Assembly: GCF_006345805.1 (NCBI RefSeq)
Contig: NW_021832826.1
Coordinates: forward strand, 1 to 32,317
Direction: 5' to 3'
Source: Octopus sinensis
Lineage: Eukaryota
DNA: 32,317 nucleotides
Below, in pieces: positions 1 through 10,349 of the stretch. Both the position numbers and the translations under genes were made by a program. The notes under the pieces are model-generated. The model worked only from the letters and a program-made list of their open reading frames with translations, was not told the origin of the DNA and did no database searches. Position 1 is the stretch's first letter. Each line of letters begins with the position of its first letter.

Positions 1-102
1 ATAACCTAGCGGTTGGGAAAAAGACACTGATAATACTGGAAACTAGCAGGCTTGTGGGGTCATCAAGAGAAATTACACACACACACACACACACATATAT
101 AC

Positions 103-147
<45 letters not shown>

Positions 148-337
148 TAGATAGATAGATATAAGGCACAAAAAGAAAATGACTCTCCCCAGACACAACA
201 GAATATGCTTCAACACACGAACTCATATAAAGAATCTTGCAAACCAAATCCCAAAACGAAATGTATAAAGCATGATTATTTAAAATGTTTAAAATATCTT
301 ACGATCGGTTCATGAATGTATTACCTTCGAAATTTTA

Positions 338-384
<47 letters not shown>

Positions 385-810
385 ATATAGATAGATAGAT
401 AGATATAAGGCACAAAAAGAAAATGACTCTCCCCAGGCACAACAGAATATGCTTCAACACACGAACTCACATAAAGAATCTTGCAAACCAAATCCCAAAA
501 CGAAATGTATAAAGCATGATTATTTAAAATGTTTAAAATATCTTACGATCGGTTCATGAATGTATTACCTTCGAAATTTTATGATATATATATATATATA
601 TATTATATATATAGATAGATAGATAGATATAAGGCACAAAAAGAAAATGACTCTCCCCAGACACAACAGAATATGCTTCAACACACGAACTCACATAAAG
701 AATCTTGCAAACCAAATCCCAAAACGAAATGTATAAAGCATGATTATTTAAAAAGTTTAAAATATCTACGATCGGTTCATGAATGTATTACCTTCGAAAT
801 TTTATGATAT

Positions 811-884
<74 letters not shown>

Positions 885-885
885 G

Positions 886-916
<31 letters not shown>

Positions 917-990
917 AATTTCTCTTGATGACCCCACAAGCCTGCTAGTTTCCAGTATTATCAGTGTCTTTTTCCCAACCGCTAGGTTAT
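1..990. repeat. Inverted duplication: SINE-fragment plus microsatellite arms (1-~140 and ~860-990) enclosing a tandem array
   Basis: Bases 1-74 are the exact reverse complement of 917-990. The adjoining (CA)n/(TG)n and interrupted (TA)n tracts are also mirrored. The arm sequence (ataacctagcggttgggaaaaagacac) resembles the SINE body seen at 4988-5350. The left arm is cut by the window edge. Confidence 0.9.
161..807 (-). mobile_element. Three tandem ~180-bp copies of a 5'-truncated Penelope-like terminal repeat (161-340, 405-584, 628-807)
   Basis: Near-identical units separated by (TA)n(TAGA)n. The minus strand begins ...tacattcat-GAACCGATCGTA-agat, matching the 3' half of the hammerhead at 1676-1727 (GAAACGATCGTA), then an AT-rich tail ending in microsatellite. 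The tandem structure is certain; the PLE origin is inferred. Confidence 0.6.
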
Positions 991-1299
991 GGCGAGGTAA
1001 ACACAGCAACATCAGTTGTCAGAAAATTTTAATGACATTCACAGATTTTATAAAGGAGTTCATTCTGCAAAAGCATAAATCACCATTTTAGAATTATTTC
1101 CCTTTGAGTTGTTCCTCAATTTTCGCACTTTTTTATGAGAGCAAAATACAAATAGAAAAGGCCATCAAATAGCTTCCATAGTATTCTCAGTTGAAATTCT
1201 AACGACTGAAATAATTGTAAATGAAAGTCATAACATGCTCTTATAGTCTTCATTAATAATTTTCTTTAAATATCTCACATGTATTGATTTCAACCTTAA

Positions 1300-1356
<57 letters not shown>

Positions 1357-1569
1357 TATGTATATATATATATATATAATAATAATAAATATTAGGCAAT
1401 AAATCCAAATTTACAAGGAAAGATCAGATTTAAGATTGAATCCAATTTTATAGTAAAATATTATATTATATCAAATTAGAGACAAAACCACTATTATGCA
1501 AATCAAACAAAGAAAGACTTAAGCCAATACATAAAATAATTTATATAAATTAAAATTTAACATATGAAT

Positions 1570-1621
1570 AACCACTACGATCGTTTCGTGTCAGCACATC
1601 TTAGACATTCTTCAGGTGGTT
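1570..1621 (-). ncRNA. Type I minimal hammerhead ribozyme (mirror copy in the left palindrome arm)
   Basis: Exact reverse complement of the 1676-1727 motif. Confidence 0.8.
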
Positions 1622-1675
1622 TCAAAACCTTCTTAGCGAGTTTTAAATAATTTAAAACTCGCTAAGAAGGTTTTG

Positions 1676-1727
1676 AACCACCTGAAGAATGTCTAAGATG
1701 TGCTGACACGAAACGATCGTAGTGGTT
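1676..1727 (+). ncRNA. Type I minimal hammerhead ribozyme
   Basis: aaccac-CTGAAGA-a-tgtc(taagatgtgct)gaca-c-GAAA-cgatcg-TA-gtggtt. Stem I is 6 bp, stem II 4 bp, and stem III is short with palindromic CGATCG. Predicted cleavage after GUA (1721). The 10.1/11.1 pair is A:C rather than G:C. Confidence 0.8.
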
Positions 1728-2122
1728 ATTCATATGTTAAATTTTAATTTATATAAATTATTTTATGTATTGGCTTAAGTCTTTCTTTGTTTGATTTGCA
1801 TAATAGTGGTTTTGTCTCTAATTTGATATAATATATAATATATATATATATATATATACATTTTCCTTTACTACCCACAAAGGGCTAAACACAGAGAGGA
1901 CAGACAGTATATATATATATATATATATATGTTATATATATACTTGGCGGTTGGCGAAATACCGACAGAATAAGGACATGGGTTTTTTTGTTCGACTAAA
2001 TGAGATGCTCCACCTAGGCCGGAATCACATGACTGAAATCCATTTTAATCCCGGTTATCTCTGCTAATATCTCTCCTAATATGTGTGTATGTATTCATTG
2101 AAGCTTTCACTGATATTCAAAA

Positions 2123-2800
2123 GTAGAAATGTTATAATGTCTAAATCTCTCTAAAGTAGAGATACAACAGCAGTACTGGGTATTAATATTTATTGACAAA
2201 CAAATGTGGTAGTCTAGAGAAGTAGGACGAATGCTGCTGTTGATGAGCTCCGAGAAGGGATCGCATCTAACTAGCTACATGACGCACAAATCTGCGTGCA
2301 TAAGCCTTCGATAATGGGAAGTCATCGATTTCCCTCTGCTGGTTTCACACTCACTGACCAGTTTCGGGGTAATTGCCCTTTATCAATGTGGAGCAGCCGA
2401 GTTCACTAGGGGTCACTTGACTTCTGTTTGAAGATTCTATTCAGTGAAACACATTCCCTGATTTTCAGAAATAGAAATGTTATAATTTCAAAATCTCAGC
2501 AGTAAGAGGTATTAATATATATTGCCATACTAACTTGGGAGTCCAGAGAAATAGAACGAATGCTGAATAGAGGTCAAAAGTGACCCCTGCTGGCCTCGGC
2601 TGCTCCACATTGATAAGGAGCAACTACCCCGAAACCGGTCTGTTGATGCCAAGCCAGGAAGGGGAAGCTGATAACCTATCCCGTTCGAAGGTTTATGGAC
2701 GCAGGTTTGTGCGTTATATAGCTAGCTAGAGGCGATCTGAGCTAATCAACAGCAGAATTGGTCCTATATCTATGGACTACCTCATTAGTTTGGCAATAAA
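2123..2800. mobile_element. Older inverted/partial-tandem PLE terminal repeats
   Basis: ~2185-2425 is a diverged reverse complement of ~2570-2800. 2123-2235 is directly repeated at ~2470-2565. Each arm carries a degenerate hammerhead and an AATAAA-containing tail. Confidence 0.6.
2605..2645 (+). ncRNA. Degenerate minimal hammerhead (mirror copy at 2351-2391, minus strand)
   Basis: ccaca-TTGATAA-ggagcaactacccc-GAAA-ccgg-TC-tgttg. The core differs from CTGATGA at two positions. Stem II approximates ggggtaattacccc and stem III is palindromic CCGG. Probably inactive. Confidence 0.45.
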
Positions 2801-2944
2801 TAAGTACCAGTTGAACGCTGCCGTCGATGTAATCGACTAATTCCCTCCTCACCAAATGATGTTATATATAATATATTTATATGTATATAATATGTATGTA
2901 TGTATGTATATATATATATATAAAAATATATATATATATATATA

Positions 2945-3216
2945 TAGTGAAGGGAAGAAATGGAGCTGAACGAAGATTCTACAAAATTCCTTTTTATTAT
3001 TTTCTACACATGTTTCAAAGGCTGCAAAATCTCCAAACAAATGCTGCGCATTTGTTTTGAGATTTTAAATTCCTGGATTTTCCTGAAGAGAAAGCTGCAG
3101 AATGGTCTCCTTATTCAATCCGAATTTGGGAATTTGCAGCCTTTGAAACATGTGTAGAAAATAATAAAAAGGAATTTTGTAGAATCTTCGTTCGGCTCCA
3201 TTTCTTGCCTTCACTA
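2945..3216. mobile_element. Inverted PLE terminal-repeat structure (~84-bp arms 2945-3028 and 3133-3216) inserted in (TA)n
   Basis: The arms are near-perfect reverse complements. There is an internal 16-bp hairpin at ~3029-3063. The right part contains a full hammerhead, which argues against a simple MITE. Confidence 0.7.
3077..3162 (+). ncRNA. Type I hammerhead ribozyme with long stem-loop II
   Basis: attttc-CTGAAGA-gaaagctgcaga...tttgcagccttt-GAAA-catgtg-TA-gaaaat. Stem I is 6 bp; stem II is ~12 bp with one mismatch and wobbles. Predicted cleavage after GUA (3156). Confidence 0.75.
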
Positions 3217-3398
3217 ATATATAAAACTTCAATTATCCGCGCAAAAGCACGGGGGCGAAACCCCATGGTCGTAACCTCAACCGTGTCTTTTTGGTGTGAT
3301 TTTTGCTACACAGGTATCGGTTAATTTTGAATAACCCGTAACAAGATATTTCATTTATCCATTTCATTAAATATATATATATATATATAATATATATA

Positions 3399-3434
<36 letters not shown>

Positions 3435-3473
3435 ATTATGTATGTTGTATGTAAATGTATGTATGTATGTATG

Positions 3474-3506
<33 letters not shown>

Positions 3507-3593
3507 TTTGTTGTCGTTTTCATAAATAGTCAACATTTTAATGTCCTAAAATTGATGAAACTAATGTGCTTTTCCATTTTCTTATTTGCAATG

Positions 3594-3660
<67 letters not shown>

Positions 3661-3665
<5 letters not shown>

Positions 3666-4737
3666 TGGAGGTCAGTTGAGAAACAAGTGCTTGTGAACTG
3701 GTTTCGTGTTTTGGCGCCAGGCAGACGGATAAAGCCTTTGTCCTGTCGGTTTCTAGAGAGATTAGTGGGGTTTTGAAGAGACATCTGACCCTTTTCCGGT
3801 CAAGGAAAGTTTAAGAACCACCCTGTAATATTCGACGAGCTGGATTTGTTAGTCAGTTGGCATCGGGATCAGTTTGGCAACAGGTCAGTTCTGGCTGAGA
3901 CAGTGAGATGGCAACAGGGCCTTTTGGCAGTTCTGCCTGAGACACCAAAAGGTCCGGAAGAGACAGTCAGTTGGCAAGGGATAGCAGTCGATGCGAGGGT
4001 GGTGATGGCGAGAGGCAACGACAACGTTGAGAAAGACATACACAGAGGATTGAGGAGGTGAGGGAGATTGCGGCGTGAAGGCATGGATTGCTGTATAGTA
4101 GGAGTTTGTAACTAGAAAATGTAACGGTATGTCTTGTGTATGTTTTAATGTGAAATGCAAAAGAAACGAGATTGTGACGTAAGCTGCAATCTGTTGTAAA
4201 GAACTAAAAAGAATTGTGACAAAAAAGAGAAGGAAAAGAGGAAGAAAAGAAATGAGATTATAAAGAACATTGTGAATTATGTTAAAGGGAAAATGAAAGA
4301 AAGAGAAAGACTTTAATGTTGAACTTTTTCGAACTATATTGCATCAATTTGAACTGTTTTGATTGTCTGCGGACTTGGTGTATCGTGCATGCCTTTGATT
4401 GTTTTCGAACGACGTGTTATATTTAAATGCATTGGTTGTCTTTCATTTTAATTCTGTTGCATGTTATTTTCTTTAATGTATCTGCTATGTATCACATTTT
4501 ATTTATGTCGTAATAGTCGTATAAACTGTTCTTAAATGTAAACAAATTGCCTTCCGCCGTGTCTCTCTTCCCCCTGTTGTTGTTGTTGTTATCCTCCGGT
4601 CGCCGGTTCGAGTTCGCTGCCATCTCCACCACCGTTTCCTCTCTCTGTGTGGCGGATTCCGTTTGACTGATCTGGTCAATCGTCATCGCTCGACTTAGTA
4701 GGGTCTCGGGTTCGAGTTTGAGAGACGGCAGGTACGT

Positions 4738-4741
<4 letters not shown>
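3661..4741. mobile_element. Possible solo-LTR-like relic
   Basis: A GC-richer segment between (TA)n tracts, bounded TG...CA, with a recurrent CAGTT(G/T)GGCA motif and a minus-strand AATAAA near 4497. No TSD or PBS was confirmed. Confidence 0.25.
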
Positions 4742-4743
<2 letters not shown>

Positions 4744-4795
<52 letters not shown>

Positions 4796-4904
4796 TATAT
4801 ATATATATATAATATATGTATGTATATATATATATATATAATATATATATATGTGTTTATATATATATATATGTATGTAATGTATATATATATATATATG
4901 TATG

Positions 4905-4942
<38 letters not shown>
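4744..4942. repeat. (TA)n/(TATG)n microsatellite; representative of similar tracts at ~1285-1378, 3590-3659, 10762-10826, 11740-11920, 13266-13395, 14770-15083 and 28806-28866
   Basis: Read directly from the sequence. These tracts generate the YIYIYI-type spurious ORFs. Confidence 0.97.
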
Positions 4943-4945
<3 letters not shown>

Positions 4946-4987
4946 CATGTGTACCTGTGTGTGTTATACTCTCTTATTCTTCATTCC

Positions 4988-5350
4988 TTTACTTGTTTCA
5001 GTCATTTGACTGCGACCATGCTAAAGTACCGCTTCTTTACTCGAACAAATGACCCCATATCTTATTCTTTGTAAGCCTAGTACTTATTCGGTCATTTACG
5101 TTGCCGAACCGCCAGGTTACGGGGACGTAAACACACCAGCATCGGCTATTAAGCGACGGTGAGTGGACAAGCCCAGATAGACAAACACACACACACACAC
5201 ACACACACTCATATATATATATACACGATGGGTTTCTTTCAGTTTCCCTCTACCAAATCTACTCACAAGGCCTTAGTCGGACGGTGTCATGCAGTGGTAC
5301 TAAAGCCGGAACCATTTGGTTGGAAAGCAAGCTTCTAACCACAAAGCCAC
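4988..5350 (-). mobile_element. tRNA-derived SINE (Octopus-type), decayed, with internal (CA)n/(TA)n
   Basis: The minus strand runs from the head tggctttgtggttagaagcttgctttcc to the tail gcagtcaaatgactgaaacaagtaaa. The same tail occurs at 11700-11730. Confidence 0.85.
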
Positions 5351-5502
5351 TCTGTGTACGTGTGTATATTGTGTGGGGGTATGTATGTGTACATGTATAT
5401 ATTTACATACAGTCTCTCCTGATATTATGAGCAGGAGAGAATATCCCGAGTTCTCTTTATGGCAATAAGGCACATGACCTGAAATAGTGTGTGATGAGAT
5501 TT

Positions 5503-5672
5503 AGTTTATTACATCGACCGCAGTGTTCAATTGATACTTATTTTATCGACCCCGAGTGGGTTAAAAGCAAAATCGTTCTGGACAGAGTTTGAACTATGAC
5601 TGTAACGTTGCACGAAATGTTGCTGGGCGTTTTGTCCGGCGGGCCAACGATTGTGGTAACTCGTCGACCTTG
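5503..5672 (-). mobile_element. tRNA-derived SINE, second family, decayed
   Basis: The minus strand has a B-box-like agttcaaactc and the body ggggtcgataaaataagtatcaattgaacactgcggtcgatgtaat. A related tail piece occurs at ~2795-2845. Confidence 0.7.
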
Positions 5673-5803
5673 TCAGAGGTAATAACATAACAACAGAAGC
5701 AAGGAAGATTTTACTAACTTTGACATTGCGAGTATTCCATTATAGGTATAATTTTGCTTTGGTTATTGCCTGGATCTGTCTGACACTCGCCTCGGACACT
5801 CAC

Positions 5804-5887
5804 AGTTCTGCTGAATGTTGATTTAATATAATTTACCAAGGCTGCAGGTGACATCCACACATCATATCGTTATTGTTACTGAGGTAG
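5804..5887 (-). pseudogene. LRR C-terminal cap (LRRCT) exon with apparent 1-nt deletion
   Basis: Canonical tttcag| acceptor and |gtgagt donor, phase-2 start. Reads YLSNNNDMMCGCHLQPW* (xLxxN then CxC). Restoring one C (CTG CCA GCC) gives ...CGCHLPALVNYIKSTFSRT, open to the donor. Confidence 0.75.
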
Positions 5888-6729
5888 CTGAAATTATAAA
5901 CAAAGCCCTAAGTGAAAATACTTGAGAGGTAAATAGAAGCCGCTGTTGTATTTGACAAGAAAGAAGGATAATATAATTCCAGCAAGAATATAAAAATAAC
6001 GACATTCATGTTTCGTCCCAGAAGATGTTGATAACAGCAATAAATTGATGTGGTTTCTGGTGGAAACCGAAAATATGTTAAGTTCCTACCCTCTAATAGC
6101 TAATGTCTTGAATGATTAAAGTTCCTTTAAACAAGGAGAATATTTAGTACCACGTAAACCGATCCCTTTAAATGATGGATTAGGGGCAGTTTGTTGCCAG
6201 AAATTTGATGGGGGCAATTCGGGGCCTCAGGTATTGAGTAAAACATTTTAGACGCAATTTTCTGTCGCAAAAGCTTTGAGTGAAGATGAATCAGGAGAGA
6301 TTTGAACCTATAACAGGAAGGCATTAAAGTAAACTTAACTCACCATCCTGTGTAATAGAGAGAAGAACTGAGTAAATCACAATTTTTTAAAATATCGTTG
6401 ACGCTAAGAAAATGTATTTCACCAGGAGTGAAACATAAGGTAATCATATATATCTTATTTTTTGGTTTTAGTTTTTCTTCTTATTTAAATACGGCGATAA
6501 ATATACAAATGTTACTTTGATAGAAAATATTAAAACTTGCTCAAAAACAATAATTCATGTTATTATTTTGAAGGAATATCAATTTCGCAGTTATCAGGGA
6601 ATTAATTAAATCTACGTAGAATGCAGAGAGGGTATCTTCTTTTGATGATAGACGATTGAAACTTTTAAGACATGCGTAATATAACAAAACATAATCAGTA
6701 GACAGCTGACATATTCGAAAGTTTTGAGG

Positions 6730-7020
6730 TGTAGAGGATATAGAGGATATACGAAATATAGATGGCATGCGATATAGATAAAATACTGTATATAGCTGAT
6801 ATAGATGATATAGATGGCATGTTGGATATCGACGACATACTGGTTATAAATGACATACTGTATATAGATGACATACATAGTATAGATGACATGTGGATAT
6901 AAGTAATATAGTAGATATGGAAAAATACAAGTTGCAGATGACAGACGATATACAGACGTAGATGACATGCTTGATGATATATTTACTATAGATGATATAA
7001 ACAAATGTTGATGGCATACT
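6730..7020. repeat. Degenerate 9/18-bp periodic minisatellite (ATAGATGAC-like)
   Basis: Recurring tagatgacat / tagatggcat / tagatgatat motifs. Confidence 0.7.
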
Positions 7021-7090
7021 ATATTTTTATGCAATCTATAAATACTAGAATGTTTAATATCGTAAAACATTAAGAACTAAGTACAAAGTA

Positions 7091-7550
7091 CACCCTCACC
7101 TCGACGTAAAACCATCCGCACTTACGACTACAAAAAGTAATGCATCATTCAAGATGTTGTTCGTTGTTATCGTAAGATATATGACGAAAAAAGAAAAGAA
7201 CTATTCAAAGCTCAACATGTTCCTCGAAACACCGTCTACCTCAATCCAAGAACAAAACTGTGAAGGATGAAAATTTCTTGTCAGGTAAACTTTTTTCACA
7301 GAAACAAGTTTTTTGCCATTGTATATATGCAGAATTTCCTTTGTATTAATTTTTACATTAATTTTAGATTGTATTTTTCTTTAAAGTACAATAGAGTACA
7401 AATGCCTTTTTCACTTTATGCACAATAATTATGGATGAAATATTTGTGTTTTATAGCTTTATAATCTGTTGCAATGAAAATAGTTTTGACAAATAAATCC
7501 GACATACGACCAGATTGACTTACCGTCTGTCGTAAGTCGAGAACAGGGTG
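7091..7550. mobile_element. pogo/Tigger-like MITE relic
   Basis: Ends TA|CACCCTcacCTCGACgTA and, reverse-complemented, TA|CACCCTgttCTCGACtTACGAC. TA flanks both ends, and the CTCGACTTACGAC motif is typical of pogo-family TIRs. Confidence 0.55.
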
Positions 7551-9209
7551 TAATTATATACTATTCCCCTGAAATCTTTCGCAAATTTTTAACCTAGTTT
7601 AAAAGTAACTTTACTTTCTCACCCGTTTCATCACAGTTGGTGAGAGACACTAAATCATTCACTAAAACTCTATGTGTAACACAAAAAATATCAACATGCA
7701 TTAGTGAAATAAGATAACAGCTGCTCACACAGCTACTGGACACAACCAAAAGGATAAACAGACCTAGATTCGGAAGTGGCTTTTATCTTTCAAAGCTATT
7801 AACTGCCATATGACATATCTTCTAATTAAACATTTGATCTGAATTTCACGCGCGTAAATAATTCATGTTTTACAGTGATTTTTACAAACGATTCAAATTT
7901 GTTATAAACTCTAAACAGTTTATGAGTAATGTATATTTTTCCACATTTTTGATCACACTTGGAACATGGTACGAAGGAATGAATCCTTCACTAAAGTTGC
8001 ACCGAGCCGTCACCACAACTTAGATAAATAAGATTATAGCTGCCTACTCACACAGAGCTGCTTGACACAAACAGCATTCACCTATTGTTCTGTCCCATGA
8101 CAAATCTACAGGACTAAATCTTTCACGTAACTTTTACGCGTGACTATCACAAGATTGTAATAGACGGCCGCAACAGATAACAGCTCAAAGATCCCCTTAC
8201 CATACCACTTGACCATATTCAACCAATAAATCTGTACTTGACTGATTGTGATTTGAGACACATTCTTTCTATAAAAGTAATCGATTTCTAGGAATATTTC
8301 GCGACACAGCTCCACGTTTCTCATAAATTACACTTTTGAAAATCAACAAATGTGAAGCCAGTTAAATGTGTATACACAGAAAATTTCCAATCAGAATACG
8401 ACTGTGAGGACGTTGGTTATACGTAAGCAAAATTACGTTTGTGATGGACAGGTTGAACATTCGAACGTTATATGTAACGTTTTACTTTGTTTTACTCTCT
8501 AACGTTATATATAACTTTTTAATTCTGGCATCAATTTCTGTTTCTTCTGTTTACTTTGTCTCTTTTTTCTCGCCTTCCATCTGTCGTTTTCTCCTTCCAC
8601 TACTAACATTTTCCTCTGTTTGCTTCTTATCCTTCTTCATTCCACCATTCTTTGTCTCTCCTCCCACTACCACGTAACCGGTGATCATTCGCATCTCTCT
8701 CATCCATTTCCTTTTCCCCCTCGCCGTTGGCTCCATCAAAAGTGTACAATATAACAGTTAAAGGCACAGCATTTGTATGATGTCTTAGATGATCACTGTT
8801 GAGGAATTAGCTGCGAATTTTCCGTTTGGCGTATTTTTATTGTGTGTATGTATGAATGTATGTACGTATATATATAAATATATATAAATACTTTTTGATA
8901 GTTATATATATTTAATATTAAAAAAAAATTAATAAAAATGAAAAAAATTAATAATAAAAATATATAAAAAATAAATACATAAATAAAAAATAAATTAATT
9001 AATTAATAATTTTAATTTTCAAATTTTATATTTTATATATTATATTAATCATTTTGATTTTTATGTTTTGGTTTATGTTTTTCATTGTTTTATTTGCCTA
9101 ATAGTGGTTTTATCTCTAATTTAATTTATGAATATATATACATATATATATATATATTTCAATAGGCTTTTATAACGCCGCCTTGGCAAATGCCGGCTAT
9201 TAGGAGAAA

Positions 9210-10349
9210 GTGTCATACATATATTCAGCTCATTCTAAACCAGATACAATAATTACTTGTAATAGGAATAGTAGTTTTAATTCTAATAGTGCCAGCAACA
9301 CTATGGAAAATATAAATTCTTTTCGGACCAAGGGAGGTATGCGCCGTTCAACCCCAAATTTTCAACCCAGTAATTTTCCCCTTACTTTCACAAATAACTC
9401 TACGTACAAGTCAAAGGCCACTAAGAACTGTATCTGGTTCGTAATACCTTTCGGTAAACAAATTAAATCGAACCTTCCCTTACAGTTCCGTGAAGCCGTC
9501 GCTAGGAACTTTCCCAGAAATTCTAGATATTATTCTACTATCAATTCCCACATAGTAAGAATCGCCTTCTCTAACACTAGAAATCTTTCACAAATTATAT
9601 CTTCTCACAATACCAAGCTGATAAATAGAGGTTCTTCACCCGGGAGTTCCTACATAAATCTTACTAATTCCAAGCCATCATACAGTCATACTAATAGGAA
9701 TAGTATTAATAGTAATAGCAATGGTAGTAGCGACAGTGTTAACAATGATAACATTAATAATAGTACCAATCGTGTTAATAACAATGGTAATGTTGATAAT
9801 GATAACAATAACGGAGAAATTACTGATTGTATTACCATTAATAATACTAACAATAATACGAATAGTGGAGTTGCTAGCGCTAATAATAATAGTAACAACA
9901 ATCATAGCAATAAAAACTTCGTTTCGATCTCGGAGGACAACCCCAACAGAAATAAATTTTTGTCTAGTAATTCTAAGATCGAGAATTCTATTTACCAGTG
10001 TAGAACCTCCTCTGGTACCGATGTCTTCTTGTATATAGGAGCGTCCTCTTCCCAGTTATCCAAGATAATTTCAAACCATTATTCAAAATTCAGGGATAGT
10101 AAAAAACGACATAGTACAGGGCTAAGTAAATTAGTTTGGCGTCTTAAAGACAATAATATAGATTTCAAGTTAGATTGGTTCATACTGTCTGTATCCTTTC
10201 CTTTTGATAAGGGCAGGAGATTTTGTAACATTTGCAACTCTGAGCTCTTCCATATCCTCTTCTCTAAGGTTCCCCTTGTAAACACACTCATAGAGAAATC
10301 CTATAAATGTGTGCACTGGCAGAAACATTCTTTTTACTTTTACAAATGA
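9210..10349 (+). CDS. PLE-type GIY-YIG endonuclease-domain protein (first ATG at 9303) with an Asn-rich insert and no RT
   Basis: IWFVIPFGKQIKSNL...ISSHNTKL matches the PLE post-RT segment (IIWFNPPF...IISSHNKK type). SIYQC...LYIG, NH, LSKLVWRLK, CNIC-SE, LVN and KCVH match the PLE endonuclease with its CCHH motif. Confidence 0.8.
   Translation: MSYIYSAHSKPDTIITCNRNSSFNSNSASNTMENINSFRTKGGMRRSTPNFQPSNFPLTFTNNSTYKSKATKNCIWFVIPFGKQIKSNLPLQFREAVARNFPRNSRYYSTINSHIVRIAFSNTRNLSQIISSHNTKLINRGSSPGSSYINLTNSKPSYSHTNRNSINSNSNGSSDSVNNDNINNSTNRVNNNGNVDNDNNNGEITDCITINNTNNNTNSGVASANNNSNNNHSNKNFVSISEDNPNRNKFLSSNSKIENSIYQCRTSSGTDVFLYIGASSSQLSKIISNHYSKFRDSKKRHSTGLSKLVWRLKDNNIDFKLDWFILSVSFPFDKGRRFCNICNSELFHILFSKVPLVNTLIEKSYKCVHWQKHSFYFYK

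Larger units (their letters stand above)
1462..1835. repeat. Near-perfect palindrome (~186-bp arms, 3-nt spacer TAA at 1648-1650) made of two inverted PLE terminal repeats
   Basis: 1462-1647 is the reverse complement of 1651-1835 apart from a 1-nt indel (ggtggtttcaaaacc vs ggttttgaaccacc). (TA)n tracts lie nearby on both sides. Confidence 0.95.

Noticed and set aside
161-807. Regular repeat-spacer look suggesting a CRISPR-like array
   Set aside because: The ~180-bp units are near-identical and the spacers are microsatellites. The context is eukaryotic with no cas genes.
3236-3270. Small hairpins (ccgcgcaaaagcacgg; gggg-cgaaa-cccc) resembling a Helitron 3' end
   Set aside because: There is no CTRR terminus or matching 5' end, and it is too short to call.
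5411-5478. 68-nt minus-strand segment with good splice signals downstream of the LRRCT exon
   Set aside because: The expected phase-0 frame has a stop (VMCLIAIKRTRDILSCS*) and no recognisable motif. It also contains a 9-bp inverted repeat. Cannot be supported without cDNA.
6344-6403. 60-nt minus-strand segment with AG/GTGAGT sites (VNDILKNCDLLSSSLYYTG)
   Set aside because: The length and 3' phase residue do not fit the cassette pattern. The next acceptor is only 36 nt away, and the downstream frames (6127-6307) give no recognisable protein.
7630-8071. Two loosely similar blocks (7630-7746 and 7953-8071)
   Set aside because: The similarity is real but low. They are probably old non-coding transposon ends and could not be assigned to a family.
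8106-8431. LRR-like spacing in minus-strand translations (IYWLNMVKW; QSYSDWKFSVYTHL)
   Set aside because: It needs frameshifts and lacks correctly placed splice sites, so chance similarity in AT-rich DNA cannot be excluded.
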